Origin: Octopus vulgaris
Taxonomy: Eukaryota
Assembly: GCA_951406725.2 (NCBI GenBank)
Contig: OX597815.1
Coordinates: 102,672,001 to 102,736,000, forward strand
Length of the DNA: 64,000 nt
Direction: 5' to 3'
Below are positions 1-13,544 of the stretch, one piece after another (positions within the stretch are counted from its first letter, which is position 1; the number at the start of each line of letters is the position of its first letter). Under the pieces are notes generated by a model. That model ran no database searches, was not told the DNA's origin, and saw nothing but the letters and a program-made list of their open reading frames with translations. Made by a program: the position numbers and the translations under genes.

Positions 1-1126
1 CTGAATTTATGTTGAGTGCTCTATTGTATCAAAGTATTAATACTATTAAAGTATTTATATATTTAATGCGAGCGATTATATATATGTTTTATAAAATGTT
101 ATTATTATTAATATCAGGAAATCAATATTAGAAAATTCTTCAGAAAGATATATACGTGTGTAAAATAATTGTTGTATTAAAAATATAAATAAATATATAT
201 AAGTATATATATATAATGTATATGACTGTTTAAAAGTTTTGAACTAAGTATTTAAAGCATTTTACGATCGTTTCCCAGACGTGCTGCCCCTATAATGAAA
301 TCCTATATTGATTAGCATTTATAGACAACTCTTCTACTCTTCACAGATATAAAATTTGAATTTTGTATAATATCGAATGGTAGTCTTTTGAAAAATTTGA
401 AGTAATACTATAAAATGGTGTTTGTTTGAAATATAAACTAAAAATTAAAAATTACTGTTTTTGCTGAGAGTCTTTAAATCCATATATACTTGATTTGTTA
501 GTCTTCTGTAATACTCCATAATATTCATATGTAAAATCCGTTATATTGTCTGGCATTCCAAATATTGTTCATATACTTAGATAAAATAGAATAATGGAAT
601 CCTGTATTGATAATCTATAATATAAATTGGACATAGGTGATCGTTGTATTCTTTCTTGTCTTCAGGTTTACAGCCAAATGGCTGGGTGGATTCGCCTGAA
701 AAATGGCACACATGTGAAAACGGGTGTATACATTAAAATGCTGTTTCTACTTTTTCCTAGGACCCATACTTACCAAGAAAATCGATTAGAACTTTTTCTA
801 ATGGAAGTTCCCTCTTTCTTCCGCCATTAAAACAACCAGTTGCTTAGGAGCTGTTTTCTGATGGGGTGGGGATCAGGGAATGTTCATACTGCTGGAGGCT
901 CCAATCGAAACAGGAGACCCGAAATGATAAGGTTGAGAAACGCTGTTATAGATTATGCCTAACCGAAAACGATCACATCCACATCACCCAAACAGACCGG
1001 GTGAAACCAGTCTTATAAGTAACTCTTCTCTTCAGTAATATTAACTTATTTCTTGTGATGTACATGCATTCCAGTTGATTTACACACACACACACACACA
1101 CACACAGACACACACACACACACACA

Positions 1127-1183
<57 letters not shown>

Positions 1184-1194
1184 ATACATATGTA

Positions 1195-1637
1195 TCAGGT
1201 CATCCCATAAGTTCTGTCCGAATTTTGAATAAAGAAAAAAGTGATCAGTAATATCAAATTATTCAGCATGGCATACTTCAGTGTGCGCGACCCCATACTG
1301 CAAACATCACATCACAGAAGATCGAAGAGCTTGGTTGGGAACAAATTCCTCATCCATCTTATTCTCCCGACCTTGCTCCTACAGACTACCATTTGTTTCG
1401 TAGTTTACAGAATCATTTGAGGGACATAACTTTCGCAAGACAGGAGGGGGTCGAAACTGACATCTGAGAGTTCTTCGCTTTGAAACCAAGAGTGAGATTA
1501 AAAAGCTTGTAAACAGATGGTAGGAAGTCATAGATAATCAGCGAAAGTACATCGAAGATTAAATTTCAATTAAATATAACATTTGGTCACTTGTTTTCTT
1601 TATTCAAAATTCGGACAGAACTTACGTGATGACCTGA
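1195..1637 (+). mobile_element. Internally deleted mariner transposon (TIRs plus transposase C-terminal remnant)
   Basis: TIRs TCAGGTCATCCCATAAGTTCTGTCCGAATTTTGAATAAAGAAAA / TTTTCTTTATTCAAAATTCGGACAGAACTTACGTGATGACCTGA, with TA on both sides. The interior translates to HTANITSQKIEELGWEQIPHPSYSPDLAPTDYHLFRSLQNHL (mariner YSPDLAP motif). Confidence 0.93.
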
Positions 1638-1671
1638 TACATATATATGAGTGTGTGTGCGTGTGTGTGTG

Positions 1672-1718
<47 letters not shown>

Positions 1719-2722
1719 ATCCACTGGAATGCCTGTACATCACAAGAAATAATTTCTCTTCACTGATAATTCTCTGGAAATTCACTAATCTTAAATGATA
1801 AAGTATCACTCAATATTTCAGCTCTCATTAATGTACTTGTGATACTCGTTGGTTATACAACGTATCTGTTTTCGCTTTGACGATTTTCATATATATGTTA
1901 GACCATCCTTTAAGTAAGCTGATGCATGCCATCCTGGTTATCTGATTTGTAGGAAGAGACAGGTCTTTTTACGCTTTATAGGTATACGATATTATTCCTT
2001 GCCTTTAATTAGATGTTATACAGTTAACTAAACGTAACAGTAAAAATATATACAACAATACAACGCTGTACACAAACTTACATTCAATCACATGTTACAA
2101 TACGGACGTTAAGGAAGTATGATATATATGCAAATATAATACAAACTCATTACACACTTTACACAGATATGTATATTTTGCATGTACATAACAATGTATT
2201 TTCGTGTACAAGCATGAGTGTGTTATGCTTGTCATACTCTGACAGTTATAAATTTAAGGTTCCATAAAAGTGACTTCAAATTGAATGAGTTTTACAATGG
2301 TTGCTCTAATAACAATGTAGTAATCACGTGTGTATCTACGGATGGTTATAATTTGGTCATTTGATTGAGGCTTGAGGCGGAATTCATAATTGTTATGAAG
2401 ATGATAACCTAGAAAGTGTGCGTAGGACTAAAGTCTACTATCCAGTTATATGCTTGTAAACCATACATCTTCAAAGATTGATTCATCAACATACCAAAAT
2501 ATTTTCAGCTCATAACTTTTCTTTCCAGAATGCCAAACCTTCCTGTGCCCTTATGTCCTGTGTTTCTTCCCTGTACAATTTGTCTTCAAGTTCTTCAAAA
2601 TAAACATTAACTGTATCAATTTCACTACACTTGTTGACGATGCGAAGACTATGGGTTCTGCCCCTTCCTTTATACAAAGCTCATGGAAACGTTTCTTCTT
2701 ATACCCAATGTCATCGATAAAG

Positions 2723-2780
<58 letters not shown>

Positions 2781-5059
2781 GTGTGTGTGTGTGTTTGCGT
2801 GTGTGTATGTATATACAACTGCTATTCTGTTCATTTATTTCCTTCTGAGACCTTGCGAAAAACTATTATTTATTTTGTAGATGGTCTTCGGAGAATCAGT
2901 TCGTCCTTCTTGTTATGTAATTTAACTTGGTAGATGCATTACATGTCACGTTTGTACGGAACAAATTGCATCTCATGTTTCGAAATGCTTCCCTTTTTGG
3001 CTATACATGTCACAGATCCAGCCAGTTTATTTTATTTCCATTCTATTGATGACTGTACATCGATGACAGAGCTGTATTTAGTTTAGGTGTTTTTGGAAAT
3101 ATTTACACAGTAAATCAATTCTCTTTTTTTATTTTATACCTATGGTGATATAAATTTGCCTTCTCCATCTGTATAAATCTTCAGAATGGTATCTCAGCTT
3201 TACGTATTGTGCCAGTCTATCTTAACACTGTCGTTTGATAAGTGGTATTGTTGCACATGTATCAACATTTATAACTTCCGTTCATTCAGTCAATCATTAT
3301 TTAGTTATCTCACAATACTGTAAATCGCGTGACTTGTTTGAGTCACATCCACCGGTCAATGAAGAATGGAATGTTTTCATTCCAACATTTTATATCCATA
3401 AATAAGAATTTAGATCTATTATTTCTATCCGTGCAAATGTCCCTCAGTTATTCACTGTTCTTGCAGCTAATTACAGCAGTGAATATTACCTTGTTGTGAC
3501 TGAATCAGCTAGAGAACTTCATGACAGTTTCATTAGATCATATATTCTTATAAACTGCATTAAGATAAATAAAAAAAAAATGGGAACGTTATGACGAGAA
3601 CTCTTCTGATTATAAATTTACTCAATCAAACAACAACCAGGCCTCAATAGTTGTGTTTTTGAGTTTTGTGGAAAGTTAGAACCTATTCAAAATTCACTAG
3701 CAAGTCAACGCTTTGATGCTGCCTTTGTTTATGAATACCAGAAGTAATTATTTACAATAATGCTTGTATGCTAGCAAAGTTAATTTAAAGATGACATTTA
3801 AGACGTTAACTATTATTTTTCATAGCCTGCTGATCCGACACAGGTGTCCGTGTGTAGTTTCCCTCAATCCAGTCCGATCTAGGGCTAAATAGCAACGGCT
3901 TTCGCGGAGTTTTGAGTAATTTTAGGTATCTTTTTTACTTGACATATTGCTATCGAATTTTAAGTTTTCCACTTTCTAATTTACCGAAGTGAAATAATAA
4001 ATCTTTTCCAGTGTTAATAAAATTCTCTATGATAATATTGAACTTATCTTCCCTATTTTAGATCACGATGAAAAGTGAAAGGGTTTCTTAGCACAATGTG
4101 ATTGAACCTTAATTTGCTTGAATATTTAATGAATTTTGATATTCTACATAAACAATGAACTAGTAGAATGCAGCGAAAATGTCTTGTAGTTTTTAACCAT
4201 CGACATTTACAGCCTGGAGTTAAATCCCGCAATTGATCGAGTTTTGCTTTGCGTCACTCTGGCGTGGATAAAATTACTATCAGACTAACATACGGATTGA
4301 TTTCAACCAATTGCGGCTTCATCGAAATTTTATTAAGTTTGCACCAATGTCGGAAACTAATATATTTCATGACATAAGAAGATTAAGGAGATGAATTAAC
4401 AGGAACTGAAAGGTGAATTTCTAAACATTGTCCTGCATTTAATCACGTCTTTTCATATCTATGTAGAAGTATGTTGGTGTTTGAACAATTATCATTATTT
4501 TCGAGGCAATTGGATAGAAATATCAGTAGAAGTTAGAAGAAATTCCTAGCCGTAACAATGAGGGCCTTTGAATTGCAAGTTCAAATACGGACGTCATCAA
4601 TTTTGTCTCTCAGCCTTCTGGGCTCGATGTAACAAACATCATTATACAAGTTAAATATCTTGATAGGCCTGTATATTTGGAATATTTAACTTGTGTATCT
4701 GGAAAGGCCTTGAAATCAATATTACCATCTAGGGACTATCTGCGACCCAGCGATAATAAAAAGACTCAGAGGAAGTCTGCAACCAAATAACTTTACTCAA
4801 AATAACACTTTGCAACTGAATCACTGGAGGCAAAGATGCTTCTCCTTTACTTGACAATTTATGCACCATACTGCAGAAATTACAATGCACGTATATCTCA
4901 AAGCAAACTATTACACGGTTTGTACCATTGAATTACAAAAAAAGCTCGTCTTGTATGCTCGGGTGACTCTGCAGCTTCGAAGACTACAACTGTATTCGTC
5001 TTGGCTTGGGAAAAATGACTAAACTGCTGGAGTTAAGCCTCATCTATGGTTTAAATTTC

Positions 5060-5553
5060 ATCAACAGCAAAAATATATGAATTTTAATGGGGGTTACGGC
5101 CTTATTTATGCCCCATTCAGTACTTTTGGCCTAGTTTTGGATCAAAAGAAATGAATAAATTTGGGATTTAAGGCCTCCATTAGGAGGTCTTCGAAACTTC
5201 ATGAGCAGCGGAAACTTTGGGACTACTTTTTCATGTGTGGCAATTACCTATGATTGATATTTCATCAACTCGGAAGTTTATGAATTTTCATGGGGGCCGG
5301 GTTGTACCCTCTTTAAGCCACCTCAAATTCAAAGCAAACATACTGCATTATACCCACCGTTATGCATTGAATCTAAGTTACAAATATTATAAGGATCCAT
5401 TCAGTAATTTTGGTCCATGAAATTTTATGAAACATACGGCATTACCCTTCTCCCTAGGCTTGTATTTTGTGCTCCAAATTTCATTAGGATTGGTGCAGTA
5501 GTTTTCGAGTAATACACGAACACACATAAAGGTATTGATTTTTATATAATAGA
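5060..5553 (-). mobile_element. Probable non-autonomous Helitron 5' portion
   Basis: The minus strand starts A|TCTATTATATAAAAATC...ACTCGAAAACTACTGCACCAATCCTAATGAAATTTGG, the same style of 5' terminus as the Helitron at 61351. I could not find the 3' CTAG end, so the left boundary is a guess. Confidence 0.45.
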
Positions 5554-6194
5554 TATATATGGGCACACATACATACATGTATATATGTATATGTGTGTAT
5601 GTGTGTGTATGTGTGTGTATGTGTGTGTGTGTATGTGTTATATATACACAGAAAGATAGATTGATAGATACAACTGAGTGGGCAAACAAAAATATGAGAC
5701 ACTGTCTTGAAGAATTTTTTGTCGAATGAATCGACCAGTGCTTTTTAATTATTTTGATAAGCTTGGTACTTATTCTATCGGTCTCTTCTTGTCAAACCTG
5801 TAAGTTATATATATATATCTGAACATTTGTAGAGATGAGCCACATTTGAGTAAAAATGCAAATCCTCCACTTAACATTGAAACATTTAATTTTGGAGAGA
5901 ATCCCTTGATGAACTCTGTGTGTGTTTGTGTGTGTGTGTGTGTTTGTGTGCGTACGTTTGTGTGTGTGTTTGGGAACATGTCCATGTTTATACAGCATAA
6001 TTTCGATCACATCTCTTTCAATTTCAGGTTTTTGGATTAGGGAACATTAGTATAACACTTACAAACTAGAGGAACGCGCAAAGTTCAGAACATCTCAATG
6101 CCACACATACACATTTGAATGTTTACAAGGATGAGCACTATGTTTCCGATATTTGAGTTATATTTAGTATACAAAATGTACTGTGAAAGTTTTC

Positions 6195-6570
6195 TTTCAA
6201 ACGTTCAATTTTGAGGAGAATTTTTTTTATGAAATGTAGTTCCATTACTTCTCGGTATTGCGGATCGTTTCGTGCACATTTGTAAAAGGGAAAATTTTGA
6301 ATTTTCCGTCGCTGCATATTTCCAGATGATTACTTAATGGAATCTCGGGTAATTCCTCTTGTCGGATATGTTGTCTGTGGATTCTTCCACGTTAGCAGTG
6401 GAAATTATTTGTTTCGCCAATGTAAGTTTCTTTGCAGTTTGGGCAGGTAATGCAGTATATGAGGGTTTGCGTTTTGCAGTTCATATCTGCATTTATTTCC
6501 AAAAGAGATCCGCTCTTGAATTTTATGTGGGAACCACTTTCCAAGTATTTGAAGTTGGCGATGTTGCATG
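6195..6570 (-). pseudogene. Penelope-like element GIY-YIG endonuclease remnant
   Basis: ORF 6392..6616 contains NCKTQTLIYCITCPNCKETYIGET. After a frameshift it continues EIPLSNHLEICSDGKFKIFPFYKC...FIKKFSSKLNV*. A similar terminus (EFIKGFSPKLNV) lies at about 5880-5915. Confidence 0.85.
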
Positions 6571-6959
6571 TCCCCGCCCCACACACACACATGCACATAC
6601 CCACACATGCACACACACATATCTAGAAACGACCATTTAGTATATATGTAGGGTTTTATATGTATATATTTCTAAACATTAATACATTATATCGTAATAT
6701 CTATAATAGAATAATGTATTTACCTACTCAGATATTTAAAGATATATCTAGACTTCTATTAAATGATAGTAAAGAAATATTTAATGATTTTTAGAGGATA
6801 TATTTAAATCAGATATTATTCAATATATCTGGTCTTCTATTTAATAATAATAAAGAAATATTCAATGACTCTTAGAGAACATGTCTAAGCTATTATTTAT
6901 TAATAATAACAATTAAGAAATTTTTAATGATATTTGGAAAATAGTTATTTAGGTGCATG

Positions 6960-7620
6960 TAAACAGGTCGGAACTTTTTAATCCTCTCAATCAATAATTG
7001 GTGTCTAGAAAATAAAAAATGGTAGCATTCATTTGCACAAAAGGAACAAATTCTATCTGAGGACCAATAAGATTTTGCAGAACTTAAAATGTTCCATCTA
7101 ATGTTAAAATTAATATTGTTACCCTTTAATCTGCAAATCAATTTGCTAAGGTTTGTGCTATTGCGTTTGAAGCGATTTCTAAAAGAACTCACATGATTAG
7201 AAATTCTAGTTTTCACATTCTGTTGATCCATATAGCAGTGATGTTTACCTTCTGCCTCTACGATAGCTTGATATACGAGATTCTTACGTCTGCAATAATC
7301 ATTAAATTTGCATTTTCCATTAAGCTTCCAATCACAAAATTTGTTCAGATTATCTTTGGAGTTAACTAAAAGTGGTTTATTGACGGTTATTTCCTCTTGT
7401 CCGTTAAAATTATGATTTTCACAATTATCCTGCCAGATACATTATGTATGCTGTTTCTTAGAAATATATCAATTTTACGATTCTCATAAGAATAATCTAA
7501 TTTTGTATTATGAATTGAAGATATATATCTAAATGAATTCTTAGTTACTGAAAAACCAAATCTTATGAATTTATTTTTAATAATATCAGTATACTTATTA
7601 GAAGCGAATAAAAACTAAGC
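6960..7620 (-). pseudogene. GIY-YIG endonuclease remnant of a second Penelope-like lineage
   Basis: CKFNDYCRRKNLVYQAIV, then ORF 6893..7231 KTRISNHVSSFRNR...STNLSKLICRLK...IRWNILSSAKSY...CSFCANE. This matches the PLE endonuclease pattern K.R..NH..SF...ST.LS...LK...W.I...C.LC..E. Confidence 0.75.
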
Positions 7621-7721
7621 TAAACAGTTATGCGCAGACTAATAAACAAACATTTCACTTCTAATCACGAGTAATTAGACCATAATTAGATGCAAAGTTT
7701 AGAAATATATACATATAAATA

Positions 7722-7771
<50 letters not shown>

Positions 7772-8301
7772 AAATGATCGTTTCTAGATATGCGCATGTA
7801 TATATATATGTAATCATTGATTTATTATTTTTATTATTATTTCAATATTTTACCTTAATATACACAATTCTAACATAAGCATAATATCGTATTTCAACAT
7901 TTAATATATATCTATATGTAAGATTAATTTATTTAATTTAATTATATCGAGCTGCATTACAAAGTAGATGGACATTAATTTCAATAAATAATGTAACCAT
8001 TAACATTTATACAAAATAATTTGGTTTTAAATGAACTTTTAATAGATTTTTGATCGAACTAAAAGGTCTCTAAGATATTTTGTTCGTTTTTCTTTAAATA
8101 AACATGACTCAATACCGTAATACACATAATACATAATTTCTCGGTAATTTAAATACTATGACTTCTAAATTTAAATACTATGAATTCTAATTTTTGTAAT
8201 ATTTTTTATTATAACATAAAATATAGATTATTATTTTATCTTTATTTCATTTTATTCCCTTTATTCCCTTCTTTCACCTCCTTTTCAACATATCTAAAAT
8301 T

Positions 8302-8512
8302 CAGTTCTATATTTAAGAGATGAGGGATTTTGTACATTATTTACATTAGACGGAAATTTGTCCTCATCTTGTTTCTTGCTAACACAAAATTTCGGCTGGT
8401 ATACTCTCCAGCCTTCACCAGGTGTCTTGGAGAAACTTCGAACCAGGGTTCTCATTCTTAAGGTATTTTTCGATATTATTTTTATTATTATAATTATTTT
8501 ATTATTATTATT
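8302..8512 (-). mobile_element. 3' tail of tRNA/(AAT)n/hammerhead-like SINE (copy 1; its head is at 11626-11764)
   Basis: The reverse complement aligns with 11950-12084 (CGAAAAATACC...GAGAACCC.GGTTCGAA...CCAAGACA.CTGGTGAAGGCTGG...GATGAGGACAAAT.TCCGTC.AATGTAAA). Confidence 0.85.
8381..8426 (-). ncRNA. Degenerate minimal type I hammerhead ribozyme motif
   Basis: GACAC-CTGGTGA-A-GGCTGG-agagtata-CCAGCC-GAAA-TT-TT-GTGTT. Stems I and II pair; the core has A6>G and stem III is eroded. Confidence 0.6.
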
Positions 8513-11500
8513 CAGTAGTTTTATTTTTTATGGCGTGCTTTCACTTCACTACCGAGCGCAGCTCTGTGTGCCTTAGGTATGTGCTGTGATTTGTTGTGGT
8601 GCTCTGATGGTTATTGTATGGAAAGTGTTTTGCGTAGGATGTGTGCAGTGCCTAGTAGTGCAATTTTCTGTATGTTATATGTGTTTGTAAGTCCTGGTGT
8701 TTTTGTTATGTATTTGTCTGAATATTTTTTTATCATGCCTAATGCACTTACTATGATAGGAATTGTTTCTGTTTTTAGATTCCACATTCTGGTTACATCT
8801 ATTTCCAGGTCTTTGTATTTTGAAAGTTTCTCCATTTCTTTTAGAGACGCGTTGTCATCTGCCGGTATTGATACATCAATTAGAAAGCCTTTTTTTCTTC
8901 ATGATCTCTGACAACTATATCTGGTCTGTTGGCTTTAATTTCTCTATCTGTGTGTATCGGCATATCCCAGAGTATGGTTGCTTTCTCGTTTTCTGTGACC
9001 TTATCTGGTGTGTGCCTATACCATCTTTTTCTGTTGTTATTCCATAATGTTGGCATAGCTTCCAGTGTATGTAGGTTCCAACTCTGTCATGTCTGTGAAT
9101 ATATTCCTTCTTAGCCAGGACTGGGCAGCCAGAGATAATATGATTTATTGTTTCTTGTCCATCTCCACATATTCTGCAGTTACTTGTATATTTCTTTTCA
9201 TTACATGTTTTTGGTAATTTCTGGTGGGGAGGCTTTGGTCTTGTGCTGCAATTAAAAATCCTCCTGTCTCTGCTTTGAGTCCTGAGCTTCTCAACCATTG
9301 CTGGGATTTTTCTTTGTCTATTTGTTTTGCGTTTAGTTTAGTCCAGTATTTACCATAAAGGGGCTTTACTTGCCATCATTTTATCATGGTTCTTTGCTGC
9401 TCTATTTTTAGTTTGGATTTCATTTGTTTTATAGCTTTTGTTGTTTCTTCTTCTTCTTCTTCTTCTTCTTCTTCTTCTTCTTCTTCTTCTTCTTCTTCTT
9501 CTTCTTCTTCTTCTTCTTCTTCTTCTTCTTCTTCTTCTTCTTCTTCTTCTCCTTCTTCTTCCTATTTATTAGGTGGTATGATTTCTTGTTTGTATTTGTC
9601 AGCTTCCTTAAATACTGAGAACAGTTTTTTGTTTTGCTCGTGTTTTGCCGCTATTTGTATCAGTTTTCCTTCCTTCTGAAGTAGATATTTTTGCAGTCCT
9701 ATGGTGGTTATTTTATAGTAGTTTTCCAGGTGTATAAGGCCTCTACCACCTTCTATACGTTGTATATATAGTATTTCTATGTCAGATTTTGGGTGATGCA
9801 TCCTAGATCCTGTCATTATTTTTCTTGTTTTCCTATCTATTTTGGTCAGTTCATTTAGTGTCCAGTTAATGATATTGTAGCTGTAACTTATAACTGGGAC
9901 AGCTAAAGTGTTAATACCTATTATCTTGTTTTTAGCATTGAGCTCTGTTTTTAGTATTGATCTAACTCGTCTATAATATTCTTTTTTATTTTCTCTTTCA
10001 TTTGTGTGTGTTGTGTCTTATCTAGTTCATGGATTCCTAAGTATTTGTAAGTTTGACTTTGGTCTAATTCTTTTATTTCATTGGTTTTATCTAGTGTGAT
10101 GTTGCTACTCTTAACTAGTTTTCCTTTCTTCATGGTTACTTTAGCGCATTTTTCTAATCCAAATTTCATATCTATTTCTTTGGTAAATCCATGAACTGTC
10201 TTTAATAGTGTTTCCAGCTGTTTGTCTTTTGCAGCGTATAGTTTTAGGTCATCCATATATAAAAGGTGGCTAATCGTTTTGCCGTAACATTTATATCCGC
10301 ATCCAGTTCTATTTAGCATATCAGATAGAGGTGACAGTGCCAAGCAGAAAAGGAGTGGAGAGAGCGTGTCTCCCTGGAATATTCCTCTTCTAATGGGGAT
10401 GGCTTTGGTTTTCATGAGTCCCTTTTTTGTTTGGAGCTGTAGCACTGTTTGCCATTTATTCATAGAGTGCCCTATGCATTTATAATTGTTGGTACTACTT
10501 TGTTAATGGCTAGTGTTTCGAGGATCCATGTGTGGGGCATGCTATCAAACGCCTTTTTGTAGTCGATCCAGGCCATACTGAGGTCTTTCTTCTTTCTGTG
10601 GCTGTCTTCAGTTATGGCTTTATTAATCATTAGTTGATCTTTACAGCCATATGAGCCTTTGCGGCATCCTTTCTGCTCTTCTGGAAACAGGCTGTTTTCG
10701 TCCAGGTTCTTGTTCAACCTTTGCTATATCACTGCAGTAAATGCCTTGTACATTGTAGGGAGACAGGTTATTGGTCTGTAGTTTTCTGGTTTTGCTGTTT
10801 CATTTGATTTGGGAATTAAGATGGTCTTCCCCTTCGTGAGCCATTCAGGCATTGTCTCTGGCTCTGCTAGTATGTTGTTAAAGTTTTTAGCCAGCTTTTT
10901 GTGCTTTCCTGTTAGATATTTCGACCAGAAGTTGGGGATCTTGTCATGCCCAGATGCCTTCCAGTTGCTTAGTCTTTGCAGTGCCTGGGTGACCTCTTCA
11001 GTTGTTATGAGGATCCAAAGTTGCTCAGATGCTGAGTTTGTTGTTTTGATTTGATACTCCTTTTTTTTGGTTGTTCGTTCGCCGACCATATTTCTCTCCA
11101 GAATTCTTCCACTTCTTCTGCCGTTGGTGCTGCAGTGATTTCTATTTTATTTTTGCCAAGTTCTTGGTAGAATTTTGGGGTTGGAGTTGAACTTTTTGTT
11201 TTGTTCAAAGAAGCGCTGGCGTTTCTCGTACCGGCGGATCCTTTGTGCTTTGGCAAGGATACCTTGCTTCAGCTTTTCTTTTATCTCAGGTAAATCTTTT
11301 TCTGTGATGTTATATTTGCGGAGTATTTTTGTTTTCTTTTTGTTGCTCAGTATCGTTGATTGTCTACTGATTTAATTAAGAATCGACAGATCTTTTCTCA
11401 TTTTTGTATTTTGTTTTGGATGTTATTTATCCACAGGGTTTGTTTGGGTGGTGGTATTCCTATTTGGATGGGTTTGAGTGAGTATCCAGCTTCTTTTGTG

Positions 11501-11520
11501 ACTGCAGCGGCTGCTGCGTA
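8513..11520 (-). mobile_element. R4/Dong-like RLE non-LTR retrotransposon, 5'-truncated and frameshifted
   Basis: Collinear ORF pieces: NWKASGHDKIPNFW, YRPITCLPTMYK, AWIDYKKAFDSMPH, RRGIFQGDTLSPLLF, HLLYMDDLKLY (RT); CRICGDGQETINHIISGC (CCHC knuckle); EKLSKYKDLEID (restriction-like endonuclease). A short 3' UTR runs into (AAT)n, and there is an internal (GAA)n expansion at about 9446-9560. Confidence 0.95.
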
Positions 11521-12085
<565 letters not shown>

Positions 12086-12744
12086 ATCTAAAATTATTTA
12101 CCACTATATATAACCTATGTGTATTTAACAGAGGCTTAAACATAAAATATATTAATATGTATAGGAAAAGATATACGCTAATTGTATAGAGGTCTATGTG
12201 TATATATATTAACTTGATAGATACACTTCTTAACGGCTAGATAATACCAAAGTGAGTCTATACTTACATATGCATATATATAAACGATTAAATTTGATTT
12301 GATATGATTCAACGACCACGAATACATGGATATCTACTTGTATTTATTAGTAAGCCAATAGAAATTATCCAGTTATAACGGTTTATTTAACATTGTTCAT
12401 TTTGCATTTTTATAATTTATTTTATAATTTATTTGCGTTTTTATAATTTATTTTATAATTTATTTGCGTTTTTATAATTTATTACAAAAATTTATTTGTT
12501 TATATTTTTATTTTTTATTTTTGTATTACATAATTATTCTTCCTTACAGATATATCATTATTTTATTTATATTTTTAAAATTATTGTATTTTATCTTTAT
12601 TTTTACTTATCTTTTACTTACTTCAATTATAATCTTTGCAAAAACGTACACACAATATACAAGATATAACTTTTTAAACTTGCTTAGTTTTTGATTTGAA
12701 TCCCTTGAAGAAAGATGTAAACTTCGTTTTATAAGGCAAAAAAA

Positions 12745-12867
12745 GACCCCTGAAAAGTTCATGCCCCATACACTTTAAAATGATAACCAATTCTTAACAT
12801 TGGATTTGATCCAAATGCTTCGAATTATGAATTACTAAGGGGCCAGAATCGAAACATATTTTGGTTT
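12745..12867 (+). ncRNA. Degenerate long-loop hammerhead-like motif
   Basis: GACCC-CTGAAAA-GTTCATGCCCC...GGGGCCAGAATC-GAAA-CATATT-TT-GGTT. Core and stem III each carry one mismatch. Confidence 0.4.
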
Positions 12868-13118
12868 TGCTTGAGTTTCTTTCGTACTTTTTAAAATTTA
12901 TTTCCATTTAGATTTTAACTTGTAACTATGATACAAATAAATCAACTATATATCCTCAACTCTCTTTTTTCTTACCTTACCATTACTAATACTTATGATA
13001 ATCCCTAACATATTGAGGAGATTTTCCTCTTATGTGATGGAGATTAAACCAGTGAAATTATGGATATCTCAATCCCCAATGAGGACACATTCTTGAAATG
13101 GTTCTATATATATACATA

Positions 13119-13544
13119 TATACATAAACCAATCGACACTCATTTACATTGTAATCGTTTCGAATATCAACATTTCCTCATAATCTTTATTTATATAGTA
13201 ATACGCGAAATCAAACTAAGTCATATATATGTGAGTGCATGTGTGTGTATAGACATACACACACATACACATACACGCACTTACACACACGCAAACATAT
13301 ATATATATATATACATATACATAAACATATATATATATATGTTTATATATATGTATATATATATATGTATGCGTGTGTGTATGTGCGTGTATGTGTATGT
13401 GTGTGTATGTCTATACACACACATGCACTCACATATATATGACTTAGTTTGATTTCGCGTATTACTATATAAATAAAGATTATGAGGAAATGTTGATATT
13501 CGAAACGATTACAATGTAAATGAGTGTCGATTGGTTTTTGTGTA
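13119..13544. repeat. Near-perfect palindrome of about 425 bp centred on (AT)n
   Basis: 13126 AAACCAATCGACACTCATTTACATTGTAATCG... is the reverse complement of ...CGATTACAATGTAAATGAGTGTCGATTGGTTT 13537. Only a few mismatches by eye. Confidence 0.95.

Noticed and set aside
627-830. ORF with a strong acceptor (TTCTTTCTTGTCTTCAG) near 666
   Set aside because: No convincing donor and no recognisable protein motif in any frame.
946-1018. Further hammerhead-like traces (GAAACCAGTC here; also about 13478-13515 and 39090-39142)
   Set aside because: The CUGANGA half is missing or too degenerate to call.
6740-6935. Short local tandem duplications (also about 12400-12485, 42685-42780, 48018-48075 and 62984-63041)
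   Set aside because: These look like ordinary slippage duplications in AT-rich DNA with no further structure.
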